From positions 82,554-146,553 of the forward strand of contig JAZDKJ010000002.1 of assembly GCA_043803105.1 (NCBI GenBank): DNA of 64,000 nucleotides, read 5' to 3'. This DNA is from Candidatus Woesearchaeota archaeon (lineage in GTDB: Archaea; Nanobdellota; Nanobdellia; Woesearchaeales; JAZDKJ01). The notes below the pieces were generated by a model that did not search any database, was not told where the DNA came from, and saw only the letters and a program-made list of their open reading frames with translations. Position numbers and translations under genes: made by a program. This document shows, piece after piece, positions 10,405 through 19,512 of the stretch (position 1 is the stretch's first letter; each line of letters opens with the position of its first letter).

Positions 10405-10994
10405 TGTTGATACCACTCCAGGAAGCTTTTTGCCATTTTTTGCGAGGCATTGAACTCTTCCGCCAGGTGCCCAGGTACCCTATAATCCTGCTGCTTGTCC
10501 ATGCGCTCGCGCTCTCCTGCCTCCACGTATGCATGCATTATGTGCTCCCTTGTCTCCTGTGCCAGATATCCCTTATCTTGTATCTCTTGTTTTGCCTCGT
10601 TGTAAAGGTTGTGAACCTCTGATATGAATTCTTCTGTCGGCCTCTTGAGGTGTGCTATAACGTATTGCCTTTCCTCCTGAATTTTCTTTTGAAGCCCGAC
10701 ATCTTTTATAGTCTCTTCAAGGCTCTCTTCCTGTGTTTCTGTCTTGTCGGCAAACCTTTTGGTTGCAAATATCTGCTTTTCCTCCCTGGTGAACAGATTT
10801 TCTATGTTCACTGACCTTGCTTGAGGTATAGGCATCTCTTTCTTTATTTCCTCCTCCCTGCCTATCTCGTTTTCTGACTCGCTGATTAGCTTTCTTGCCT
10901 CCTCAATCTCTTTCTTTTTTTCCTCCTCCATCTGCTTTAGCACTCTTATTCTCTCTTCAGGAGACATTTTTTTGAGGTCTTCTAGCTTTGCCAT
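10401..10994 (-). CDS. Hypothetical charged coiled-coil protein
   Basis: 197 aa E/K-rich ORF coupled to the TIM-barrel gene. Confidence 0.75.
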   Translation of the reverse strand: MAKLEDLKKMSPEERIRVLKQMEEEKKKEIEEARKLISESENEIGREEEIKKEMPIPQARSVNIENLFTREEKQIFATKRFADKTETQEESLEETIKDVGLQKKIQEERQYVIAHLKRPTEEFISEVHNLYNEAKQEIQDKGYLAQETREHIMHAYVEAGERERMDKQQDYRVPGHLAEEFNASQKMAKSFLEWYQQ

Positions 10995-11015
10995 GTTTTT
11001 ACGAAAAAAAGTAAG

Positions 11016-12446
11016 TTACCACGCTATCATCTGGTTTGCTTTCTTGTAGTTCTTGTATACAAGCCACATCTTTGCCCTTGCAGCCCCCATCGCATTGCCA
11101 ACCTCTTTTTCCTGCTTGAAAGGGTCCATTGCCTTTTCTCCTTTTTTTTCTTTTTTCGGCACGAGTGCGTCAGCAAACTCCGCAAATCCCTTTCCCACGC
11201 TTGCCAACGGGTCAAACACATTCATTTTAGGCTTCTCAACCTTGGCTGGCACCTTTGTTTCCACAGATTCTCCTGCTTCCTGTAGGTATTTCTGCAGCTC
11301 CTCGCCAAGCGCCTCCATTGCTGCTTTTACTGAGCCGTCAATCAACCCTATCATTTCAAAGTTCTCGAGGTTTCTCATTTTCTTGTAGCATTCCACGTCA
11401 TTGTCTGTCCATGCATAAGGCCGCAATGTTATCCTGAGCTCTCCCACATGGAGAGGCCCTCTTTGGTATCCTTCCTGAACATAGCTCATCTGGGGCATTG
11501 TCCTGTATTGGAATGATGCAAGCACCACTCCCTTGTATTTGCTGTTTCCCGCCGGAGTGAACTTTGCTAAAAACTCTATCTCTATCATCGAGCCCTCGAA
11601 AGCTGAGATCAGGTCAGGCGTCTCTGCCTTTGCGGCATCTAACTGGAGCCTTTGGATGTTTTTTAGATAAGGTTTTACCCAGCTCATATACATCTGGATT
11701 ATGTCATAATGCTGCCTTAAGTATTTGAGCGTGAAATTGTGCCTGCTCTGCAGTTCTTTGTAGGTTGCCTCCTTCCATTTCATGAAGCTTAACAGTTTTC
11801 TTTTGAGCACGTTCTTTACAGCCTTGTTGAACTGTAGCTTATCGACCACAGTACCGACTTCCTCTGAAGTATCCGGGTTTGTGCCGAAGAATAGATCAGG
11901 CAGGGTCGTGAACTGTAAGTCCCTTGCCATCCCATACACTGATGCAGGGCTTTTTGCCCCTCCCTCAGCCATGTCTATGAAAATCCCCTTTAGGGTTATC
12001 TCTGCCGGTTCAGCCTCCTTGGCGCTAGGTGAATTGCTTTGCTCATAGTAGGACAGCCTTTCCTTTAGGATTCTTATCTCCCTTACCAATTGGAACAGCT
12101 CCTTTACCATCTTTCCGATTGTTGCCAGGAATTGGGAAACCTTGTCCTGCTGCAGCCCAATCCTTTGCTGCGCCACCCCAAAGAATGCCGAGTGCTCAGA
12201 TGCTGCAAACACGTCAGTGATTTTTTCCACATCTATCATCGCCATGTCATAGCGCAGGTAATTAAGTATCCAGAAGTAAGATGCCTCTATCGATGTTGAG
12301 AATGAGTCATGCACAAGCCTGTACCTGAACTTGTTTGCCGGATAGTCCAGTATTGCCATCTGTTCTATTCCAAACTCTACCTCTTCGCGCTTGTATTCCT
12401 TGAAATAGTCCTCTTTTGTTTTTATATCCTCAGGCTTTATTGGCAA
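11016..12446 (-). CDS. Hypothetical protein (476 aa)
   Basis: Long ORF with GAGGTGA RBS before a TTG start. Confidence 0.8.
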   Translation of the reverse strand: MPIKPEDIKTKEDYFKEYKREEVEFGIEQMAILDYPANKFRYRLVHDSFSTSIEASYFWILNYLRYDMAMIDVEKITDVFAASEHSAFFGVAQQRIGLQQDKVSQFLATIGKMVKELFQLVREIRILKERLSYYEQSNSPSAKEAEPAEITLKGIFIDMAEGGAKSPASVYGMARDLQFTTLPDLFFGTNPDTSEEVGTVVDKLQFNKAVKNVLKRKLLSFMKWKEATYKELQSRHNFTLKYLRQHYDIIQMYMSWVKPYLKNIQRLQLDAAKAETPDLISAFEGSMIEIEFLAKFTPAGNSKYKGVVLASFQYRTMPQMSYVQEGYQRGPLHVGELRITLRPYAWTDNDVECYKKMRNLENFEMIGLIDGSVKAAMEALGEELQKYLQEAGESVETKVPAKVEKPKMNVFDPLASVGKGFAEFADALVPKKEKKGEKAMDPFKQEKEVGNAMGAARAKMWLVYKNYKKANQMIAW

Positions 12447-12494
12447 CCATTCACCTCTTTTGGATTTTCTTTCTTTTTGCGTTTATAATTATTT

Positions 12495-12743
12495 CTATTG
12501 TTCGCGGAATTTCGCCCTGCGCTTTTCCTTTATGATTACCACGTTTCCTCTTTGGAAAATCAAATCTGACTGTGTCCCTTTGATTATCTTTTTGATGGTG
12601 TCTTCCCTTTCCGCATTCTCCAGGCTGCTCTTCAATATCTTTATTTTCACTGTCTTTCGCGCCCTTAATTGTTTTATGATTTCTTCTAATGTGTTTTCTG
12701 TTACTCCGTTTTTTCCTATTTGCACTGTGGTTGATTCAATCAC
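12495..12743 (-). CDS. yhbY: YhbY/CRM-domain RNA-binding protein
   Basis: VQIGKNGVT...VKIKILKS...QRGNVVI. Confidence 0.85.
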   Translation of the reverse strand: MIESTTVQIGKNGVTENTLEEIIKQLRARKTVKIKILKSSLENAEREDTIKKIIKGTQSDLIFQRGNVVIIKEKRRAKFREQ

Positions 12744-14446
12744 TTTTGCTGCCTCGGGTGCTCGTGCCCTAGTTCCTTTCTTTTCTTCAATTCAGCTATG
12801 TGGCACAACTTGGTTATCACTATTTTCTCACTGTCATTTGTTGCTTCTTCAAGTATGATCGATGCCCTGTCTCCCCCAAGGAAGTGTGGCAGAATCACAT
12901 AATCTGCCCCGTAATCATAGAGCTTTAGTGCCTCGTCCAACTTATTTGCCGTCACAAATATGGCAGCCTTTTCGTTTACGTGCTTGATTTTTTTTATCAG
13001 GAGCATGTTATCAAATAGGTTTGGCACTGTTGAGATTATGAAGTGCGCGTCTTTAAGGTTGATTTTTTCCAGTATTTCCACATCGCTTATGTCTCCATAC
13101 ACACAGTGGATTTTTTCCTTGATAAGCTTCTTTATTACATCAGGGTTGTAATCAACAACAAGCCAGCTTTTGCCTATTTTGTTCATTGTGTTTGCAATGG
13201 AATAGCCAATCCTATCATAGCCGATTAGCACCACATCGTATTGCTTGTTCTCTTCCCTGTACTCCAAGTCCCCAAATCCTCTCCGATCGAACATGGTTAA
13301 CTTGCTGGCTAGAATGTTATACAGCTGGTTGTCGTACTTGCTTAGGTATGTTGTCCATGTCATGCTCACCACAGCAAGCATTACTGCGAGTGACGCAAGC
13401 TCTACTGACACCTGGCCGAGCATAAGTCCCTGTGCTGCTATTATTAGCGAGAACTCTGAGATCTGGGGTAAGCTAATTGCAGTGAAAAATGAGGTTCTCT
13501 TGGTGTAGCCAAAGAAATAGCAGATTGCCATTGTGATTAGTGGCTTAAGCACTATGATGAGTACCAGGAATATAAGGAAGGGCATTATGATTCTTTCTAT
13601 TCCGTTGTACGGAAGCTGCATTCCGAGGGCCACGAAGAAAAGTGTTGAGAAAAAGTCCCTTAGGGGTTTTACCCTGCTTACAATCTCAAGGTTGTATGGC
13701 AGATTTGCAAGTGTTATCCCTGCAATAAAACCCCCTATCGCAATTGAGAAGCCTATATATGATGCAATAATTGAGAATACAAAGCATGTGGTGATTGACA
13801 TCAGGAACAAGAGCTCTTGCGAGTGCGCGGCAAACCTGAATATTGATGGGAATATGTACCTGCTTACTATTATTGCGGCTGCAAACACGCTGATTGCTTT
13901 CATTATCAGTAGGACTGTTGTCCCCATCCCTGCGCTTCCAGAGTTTGACAATAGTGATATCGCGATTATCGCAAAGATGTCTTCCATGAGAAGTATGCCC
14001 ACCACAATCCTTCCGTGCAAGGTTCCAAGGGTCTTATTGTCTGACATCAGCTTTACCACTACCATGGTTGAGCTAAAAGCCAGGATTAGCCCTATATAAG
14101 TGAGTTCAACACGGGAGAAAGCGTGCGAGACGAATGCCACAAAATAGCCAAAGCCGAACAGGAAAAGGATTTGCAGTGTTCCTCCGACGCTAGCCACTAA
14201 GCCGATGTCCTTTAGCTTTTTTAGGTCCAGCTCAAGCCCCACTACAAAGAGCAGGAATGCTATCCCGATTTCTGAGAAGGTTATTATCAGTCTTGTGTCC
14301 TTGATTAAGCCAAGGCAGAAAGGTCCGATTAATAGGCCGGTAAGGATATATGCAGGCATTAGTGGTTGTTTGAGCAGTCTTGAAGCATAGGCAAATATGG
14401 TTGCTACCACCACAACTATTGCTACGTCAACAAAGAGTTGTTCCAT
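12740..14446 (-). CDS. Kef-type cation/H+ antiporter (CPA2) with TrkA-N domain
   Basis: Many TM helices, LFVVGLE, FSSTMVVVK, QISEFS; C-terminal IGYDRIG RCK domain. Confidence 0.9.
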   Translation of the reverse strand: MEQLFVDVAIVVVVATIFAYASRLLKQPLMPAYILTGLLIGPFCLGLIKDTRLIITFSEIGIAFLLFVVGLELDLKKLKDIGLVASVGGTLQILFLFGFGYFVAFVSHAFSRVELTYIGLILAFSSTMVVVKLMSDNKTLGTLHGRIVVGILLMEDIFAIIAISLLSNSGSAGMGTTVLLIMKAISVFAAAIIVSRYIFPSIFRFAAHSQELLFLMSITTCFVFSIIASYIGFSIAIGGFIAGITLANLPYNLEIVSRVKPLRDFFSTLFFVALGMQLPYNGIERIIMPFLIFLVLIIVLKPLITMAICYFFGYTKRTSFFTAISLPQISEFSLIIAAQGLMLGQVSVELASLAVMLAVVSMTWTTYLSKYDNQLYNILASKLTMFDRRGFGDLEYREENKQYDVVLIGYDRIGYSIANTMNKIGKSWLVVDYNPDVIKKLIKEKIHCVYGDISDVEILEKINLKDAHFIISTVPNLFDNMLLIKKIKHVNEKAAIFVTANKLDEALKLYDYGADYVILPHFLGGDRASIILEEATNDSEKIVITKLCHIAELKKRKELGHEHPRQQK

Positions 14447-15245
14447 TCTGCCTCACGTTCTTTATGTCCCTTAAAAGGTCGCTTGCAATGAAGCTATAGC
14501 CTCTCTTTTTCTTTTCAAGGTCTCCTGTTAATCCGTTTATGTACGCAGCCATTTTGGCTGCAGCAAATAATTCAATTCCTTGTGCAACTAATCCTGCACA
14601 CAAACCGGCAAGTACATCTCCAGTTCCTGCCTTTGTCATGCCTTGGTTTCCTGTTTTGTTGTACACCATCTTTTTTTCAGACATGATCCTGTCGATTCTG
14701 CCTTTGATGATTAGCACGTTTGTCCCAAGGCTTGCTCTTATCTCTTGTGGCTTAAGCCGAGAGTTCTTGCACAATATCTCGAACTCTTTTTGATGTGGTG
14801 TGAGAATTGAATTGCTAGCTTCCTGTATCCTGATCGCCTTTATCGCGTCTGCATCAATGACCTTTGGGATTTTCACTTGTCTTAAGATATCCTTGATTGC
14901 TTTTGCAGTCTCCTTTCTCCCTCCGAGTCCGTTTCCAATCAGCATCACGTCGCTCTTCCTGCCCAATAAAATGATCTGCTTGACATGGCTCTTTTTCAGA
15001 TACTCTCCCTTTAGTTTTACCGTCATCAAATCCGGGCTCATGCAATTGATTGCCCAAGCAACCTTTTCAGGTGTAGCGATCAAAACACTGTCGCATCCAG
15101 CCCTTAACGCTGCGATGCCGGCAAGAGCCACTGCACCAACATATTCCCTTGAGCCTCCGACTATCAAAACCCTGCCGTTGTCGCCCTTGTGCGAATCCTT
15201 GTTATGCAGCCTGAAGCGCAAATCCTTCTTACTTACGAATTTCAT
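14427..15245 (-). CDS. nnrD: NAD(P)HX dehydratase (YjeF-C)
   Basis: HKGDNGRVLIVGGS, VIDADA, LTPHQKEF, AGTGDVLAG. Confidence 0.9.
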   Translation of the reverse strand: MKFVSKKDLRFRLHNKDSHKGDNGRVLIVGGSREYVGAVALAGIAALRAGCDSVLIATPEKVAWAINCMSPDLMTVKLKGEYLKKSHVKQIILLGRKSDVMLIGNGLGGRKETAKAIKDILRQVKIPKVIDADAIKAIRIQEASNSILTPHQKEFEILCKNSRLKPQEIRASLGTNVLIIKGRIDRIMSEKKMVYNKTGNQGMTKAGTGDVLAGLCAGLVAQGIELFAAAKMAAYINGLTGDLEKKKRGYSFIASDLLRDIKNVRQNGTTLC

Positions 15246-15387
15246 CTTCCCTCTTTATCACCAGGTTTCCTTTTTCGTCAAGCTCGAACGTAAGTTTGTC
15301 TCCCTTCTTCCATCCCTTTGCGATTGCCAACTGCTTCGGCAAAGTAATCTTGAACTGCTTGTTCTGGTCGTACTGAAGTTTCACCAT
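15229..15387 (-). CDS. AbrB/MazE/SpoVT-type small DNA-binding protein (52 aa, below ORF-track cutoff)
   Basis: Manual translation MVKLQYDQNKQFKITLPKQLAIAKGWKKGDKLTFELDEKGNLVIKREDEIRK; ITLPK...GW.KGD swapped-hairpin pattern. Confidence 0.8.
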   Translation of the reverse strand: MVKLQYDQNKQFKITLPKQLAIAKGWKKGDKLTFELDEKGNLVIKREDEIRK

Positions 15388-15398
15388 TTTCTATATTA

Positions 15399-15446
15399 TG
15401 TATATTAATATACACTTTATTATATTTTTTAATATGTATAATATAC
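15399..15446. promoter_or_regulatory. Palindromic boxes upstream of the AbrB-like gene
   Basis: Perfect 16 bp palindrome TGTATATTAATATACA (15399-15414) and GTATAATATAC (15436-15446). Confidence 0.5.
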
Positions 15447-15553
15447 CTTTTTGTATATCTATTTAAACTTTTCTACCAGAAAGTCTTTCCACTGCTCAGT
15501 ATCTTGCCAAAGAAACAGTGAGCTTTTTAACAGAATACTGATTTTTTGTTGGC

Positions 15554-15862
15554 ATGACTGCTGACTTAAGAGCATTGCGCTCTTTATACAAGGAGCTTAA
15601 TTCTCGTTATATTGCACTTAACAAGTCAAGGATTGGCCAAGAAAGCATCAAAGATTCCCTGTATCTCGAAAGAAATCTCGAGCACGTGTTGCCGAACAAG
15701 ATTTCGGATCTAGGTTATATTCCTCAGGATGGAGGCATCGAACCCCAAGTTGAACAGATGTTTGACCTCCTTGCCAAAGTTGAAGATGTTGTGTCTAAGT
15801 ATGAGCAACAACAGAAACCCTTCTCACTCACACAACCAACAAAACCTTCATTGTTTTCTTGA
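15554..15862 (+). CDS. Hypothetical protein
   Basis: 102 aa ATG ORF; no motif. Confidence 0.55.
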   Translation: MTADLRALRSLYKELNSRYIALNKSRIGQESIKDSLYLERNLEHVLPNKISDLGYIPQDGGIEPQVEQMFDLLAKVEDVVSKYEQQQKPFSLTQPTKPSLFS

Positions 15863-15972
15863 GATTATTCCTCCAGCAATCCTTGTTGCGCTGGCAGCAA
15901 AAAAAATCCGTTTGGTCGATCAGCTGTGGCGACAAATATCTTGACTCCACTCACCGAGGATTCCTATGGTTT

Positions 15973-16665
15973 TCATGGCTTCAATGCATATTGCAATATT
16001 GCTTTGGCATGCAGAGTTGCAGTGTCATATGTTATAATTGGACTGTCCTCTGGTTTAATTAATAAAGGTATTTCTGTGCAGCCAAGGATGACTCCTTCAC
16101 ATCCTCGTTCCTGCAGACTTTCAATTACGTTCTTGTAAGCACCCCTCGAAGAGTCTTTGATTACTCCGTGCACAAGCTCATCCCAAATAATGTTGTCAAT
16201 CATTTTCATCTGGGTTTGATAAGGAACTACAGTCTTAATATTTTGCTTGGACAATACTTTTTGGTAGAAATCAGCCTGCATTGTGAATCTTGTCCCAATG
16301 AGCCCCACTGTTCGGATTTTGTCAATATTCACTTGTTCTGCTGTTGCCTCCATTATGCTAATCAAGTCAAGGGGAGATTTTGCATCAATCATCTCGAAGG
16401 CTATATGCGGCGAGTTTGTGGCAATTGCGGCAAAATCAGCACCAGCTCCTTCAAGGTCTCTTATCGCTCCAATTATCAGCCCAGCAAGGTCCGATAATCT
16501 GTGGTCTGCCATAAAGTCGGCAACTTGTTGAAGGTTGATACTTCTTATTGTGACTTGTGGCATCTCTTGGCCTCCGAACTTCTTGTTGTATTCAGAGCAA
16601 ATTATCTTGTAATACTCAATTGTAGATTCAGGACTCAAACCACCCACAAGACCTATGTGTCGCAT
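15973..16665 (-). CDS. Aspartate/glutamate racemase family (YgeA/RacX-like)
   Basis: IGLVGGLSPESTIEYY, ATNSPH, ILGCTEIP. Confidence 0.9.
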   Translation of the reverse strand: MRHIGLVGGLSPESTIEYYKIICSEYNKKFGGQEMPQVTIRSINLQQVADFMADHRLSDLAGLIIGAIRDLEGAGADFAAIATNSPHIAFEMIDAKSPLDLISIMEATAEQVNIDKIRTVGLIGTRFTMQADFYQKVLSKQNIKTVVPYQTQMKMIDNIIWDELVHGVIKDSSRGAYKNVIESLQERGCEGVILGCTEIPLLIKPEDSPIITYDTATLHAKAILQYALKP

Positions 16666-16690
16666 TAGAAAAATAGTTTTCCTCAATTAT

Positions 16691-17104
16691 TTAAAGGTTT
16701 AGCCACGAATCAATCTCTTTGGCAACTTCATGCAGGTCTGCCCATGTCCTCTCCAGGTCTTTCTCGATTTCGTCCACAAGCTGTTCAAGGTTTTCAACCC
16801 TGAGATGATAGTGGTTCTTCTCTATGGCCACAAGCCCTGCCTCTGAAAGCTTGTTCAGGTGATGAACTACAGTGCCCCTGGAAAGCCGAAGCTTCTCTCC
16901 CAGTTCGTCAGAGGTTAAGCCATGGCCCACCTTTGCTGCCTTAAGAAGTTCGATAAATATCCTGAATGATGACTTGTTCTTGTCCCTTAAAGTGAATAGC
17001 CCAAGCGATATGCCAAACCACTGCAGCTTGTCATTGATGTTCTTCTTCGCTGGCTTTGTTGACTTGACTATGGTAAACCTTTGGTAAACTGGCCGCATAA
17101 CCAT
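16691..17104 (-). CDS. Winged-helix (ArsR-like) transcription regulator
   Basis: LTSDELGEKLRLSRGTVVHHLNKLSEAGLV HTH; divergent from hsp20. Confidence 0.8.
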   Translation of the reverse strand: MVMRPVYQRFTIVKSTKPAKKNINDKLQWFGISLGLFTLRDKNKSSFRIFIELLKAAKVGHGLTSDELGEKLRLSRGTVVHHLNKLSEAGLVAIEKNHYHLRVENLEQLVDEIEKDLERTWADLHEVAKEIDSWLNL

Positions 17105-17214
17105 TGTTCAGGTACCTCGTCTATTTAAATCTTGTTTCTTTCTCTTGTAAGCATTGAGGAATTTGGACATTCAAGCATTGTTTTCAGACGATTCTCCACC
17201 TGTTAAACAAAACC

Positions 17215-17272
17215 TTTATATAGAAGTTAGTTTACTTTAATGATATTTCGTTGATTTTAAATCAACAGGAGG
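17215..17272 (+). promoter_or_regulatory. hsp20 operon promoter: TATA box, inverted repeat, RBS
   Basis: TTTATATA 17215-17222; GTTGATTT-T-AAATCAAC 17250-17266; GGAGG 17268-17272. Confidence 0.65.
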
Positions 17273-17280
17273 CGATGAAT

Positions 17281-17733
17281 ATGGTATGGGATCCGTTCCA
17301 AGAAATTGAGAGAATGCACGAGGAGATTGACAGGATGTTCCAGCGCAAGGCGCAAAGATTTCCGCTACTGGCAGGACGTAATGATGTCACGCCTTACGGC
17401 CATTTCAGGATGCCTTTGGTTGAAGTGCACGACGAAGACAGGTCTGTGGTAGCAAGGTTCGAGCTTCCTGGAGTGGAGAAGGATAACATCCAGCTTAACG
17501 TGATGCAGGACTTTGTTGAGGTCAAGGTTAACAGGAAAGACGAGAAAGAAGACAAAAGTGAGGGATTCTTTAGTTATCAATCAAGCTCTCAGCAATTTTA
17601 TAGGCGGTTGCCTCTTCCAGCTGAAGTTGACCCAAATAAGGCTCAGGCTGACTACAAGAACGGGGTATTGACTGTTCAAATGCCGAAGGTCAGGCACGCA
17701 ATCGATAACATGAAACGGATACAGATACGATGA
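17281..17733 (+). CDS. hsp20: Small heat shock protein Hsp20
   Basis: WDPF, ELPGVEK, RRLPLP, YKNGVLTV; start chosen from RBS spacing (17275 also possible). Confidence 0.92.
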   Translation: MVWDPFQEIERMHEEIDRMFQRKAQRFPLLAGRNDVTPYGHFRMPLVEVHDEDRSVVARFELPGVEKDNIQLNVMQDFVEVKVNRKDEKEDKSEGFFSYQSSSQQFYRRLPLPAEVDPNKAQADYKNGVLTVQMPKVRHAIDNMKRIQIR

Positions 17734-18323
17734 CAAGGAAGAATCCTGTGAAGCAAAAGCAGGATACGAATGCAGAGCTGCAGGAAACCAAATTGACAGC
17801 AGAGCTGCAGGACACCCATGCGAAGACAGAGTTACCGCAGTTAATGGATCCAAATCAGGCAATGATAGAGGATCTCACTGAGCATCTGCAGCGCCTTCAG
17901 GCAGAATTCGAAAACTTCAGGAAGAGAACTGAAAAGGATCAGGCACGCTGCAGGGAATATGCAAATGCAGATCTTTTATTGAAATTGTTGCCTGTGATTG
18001 ATAGCTTCGACGCAGCGTTGAATCATACAGAGAAGCACGAAGATTTTGTGGCTGGTATGCGCCTCGTTCATTCACAGCTGATGCGCATTTTGGAGCAGGA
18101 GGGTTTGAAGCCGATGAGGGCAGGCGGAGAGCACCTGGATCCCTTCCGTCATGAGGTGCTGCTTCAGGTTCCTTCAGATAAGGATGGCGTTGTGCTCGAG
18201 GAGCTGCAAAAAGGATACACTTTCAAGGATAAGGTGCTAAGGTGTGCAAAGGTTAAGGTGGGAAATCATGTTGAAAAAAAAGACGAGCAAGCAGGCAGTG
18301 CTAAAACTGGGAAAGGCGTGTAA
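17730..18323 (+). CDS. grpE: Nucleotide exchange factor GrpE
   Basis: RLQAEFENFRKR, DPFRHE, QKGY...VLRCAKVKV. Confidence 0.95.
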   Translation: MTRKNPVKQKQDTNAELQETKLTAELQDTHAKTELPQLMDPNQAMIEDLTEHLQRLQAEFENFRKRTEKDQARCREYANADLLLKLLPVIDSFDAALNHTEKHEDFVAGMRLVHSQLMRILEQEGLKPMRAGGEHLDPFRHEVLLQVPSDKDGVVLEELQKGYTFKDKVLRCAKVKVGNHVEKKDEQAGSAKTGKGV

Positions 18324-18771
18324 GCGCTGCGGCAATTGTTGCTCTTACACCTCTGCCTACTTGCAGAAGGATGACATTAATCGCATCAGCAGGAAGCTCA
18401 GGATGACAGAGCAAGCCTTCGCCAATAAGTTTGTCGATAATGCAGAGGCATTCAACACCATGGTTCAGAAACTAAAGACCAGGAAGGGAAAATACTATGG
18501 TTCATGCATCATGTTTGACAGGGATAAGGGATGCCTGATTCACTCTGTAAAGCCATTTTATTGCAGGATAAGCACCTGTGCTCCAATTGGCAAGGACATC
18601 CAAGAGTGGTTTGCTGTAAATTACCTGGTTAATGTTAATGACCCTGAATCTATCAGGCAATGGAACTTTCACGTAGAATTTAGCGGTACCATAGAAGGCG
18701 CAAAACCAATTGATCTGCTTCCAAGCAAGGAAAAGCTGGACGCAATATTGACATACAAGATTTTGAGGTGA
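18268..18771 (+). CDS. YkgJ-family cysteine-cluster (CxxCxxCC) protein
   Basis: CKRCGNCC...C...CLIHSVKPFYCR. Confidence 0.8.
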   Translation: MLKKKTSKQAVLKLGKACKRCGNCCSYTSAYLQKDDINRISRKLRMTEQAFANKFVDNAEAFNTMVQKLKTRKGKYYGSCIMFDRDKGCLIHSVKPFYCRISTCAPIGKDIQEWFAVNYLVNVNDPESIRQWNFHVEFSGTIEGAKPIDLLPSKEKLDAILTYKILR

Positions 18772-18777
18772 AAAACA

Positions 18778-19203
18778 ATGGCAATCGCAAGACAGGCAAC
18801 TGACTCTGACCTAGGCCAGCTTTCAGAAGTATACAAGGATGTCTACAGCAAAGGTCGCTCAATCCATGACCTGCTAAAGCCTGTTTCAACGAGGTTTGTG
18901 GTATGCGTTGAAAACAGCAAGGTTGTTGGTGGCGTGGCAGTCGATAGGATTCAGGAGAGTGATAAGCATGCTGTCTTTTCATTCAGGCATTTTGCCTTGC
19001 TCAAGGATTATCGAGAGGCTATGACAACCCTGTTAAGAGAGGCAGAGCGTCTGGTCGGCAAGGGAAAAATTGAGATTCACGTTTCAGAGCTGGAGACCCC
19101 AGATTTGGAGTTTTACATGAAGAACGGATATGGAATCGAGGGCGAATTGGAAAACCATTACAGTATGGGCGAGAAGTGCTTTGTACTGGGAAAGACGGTG
19201 TAA
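18778..19203 (+). CDS. GNAT-family acetyltransferase-like protein
   Basis: ARQATDSDL, VCVENSKVVG, FYMKNGY..EGELENHY. Confidence 0.75.
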   Translation: MAIARQATDSDLGQLSEVYKDVYSKGRSIHDLLKPVSTRFVVCVENSKVVGGVAVDRIQESDKHAVFSFRHFALLKDYREAMTTLLREAERLVGKGKIEIHVSELETPDLEFYMKNGYGIEGELENHYSMGEKCFVLGKTV

Positions 19204-19205
19204 CC

Positions 19206-19499
19206 ATGCAGGCGCAGAAATTTTTCCTCAAACCGGAACTGATTTACAGGTTTTTGACCTTGCATGACGACAAGCTCGAAACCACGATAATGTGTAGCGG
19301 CCTTGACCTTATTACCACAGACCAGGCAATTTACGAGGCACTGGCAAGCGTAGAGGACCGCTCTGCAATAGACATGAACAAGCTTGTGAAGCTGCTGGAG
19401 GTGACCCAGATTGTCTCTCACCTAAATTCCACTCAAAAAGAGCGGGCTGTCTTGAGCCACGGCAAGGCTGAGGAGATTCGCGCTCTTGCATTGAAATAA
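19206..19499 (+). CDS. Hypothetical protein (possibly degenerate PIN-like)
   Basis: 97 aa in the operon; [12 protein letters not shown] resembles a PIN strand-helix. Confidence 0.6.
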   Translation: MQAQKFFLKPELIYRFLTLHDDKLETTIMCSGLDLITTDQAIYEALASVEDRSAIDMNKLVKLLEVTQIVSHLNSTQKERAVLSHGKAEEIRALALK

Positions 19500-19512
19500 T
19501 GGAGGATTAAAA

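Noticed and set aside
17765-17840. GCAGAGCTGCAGGA repeated at 27 bp spacing
   Set aside because: Short in-frame duplication in the disordered GrpE N-terminus; not CRISPR or a mobile-element end
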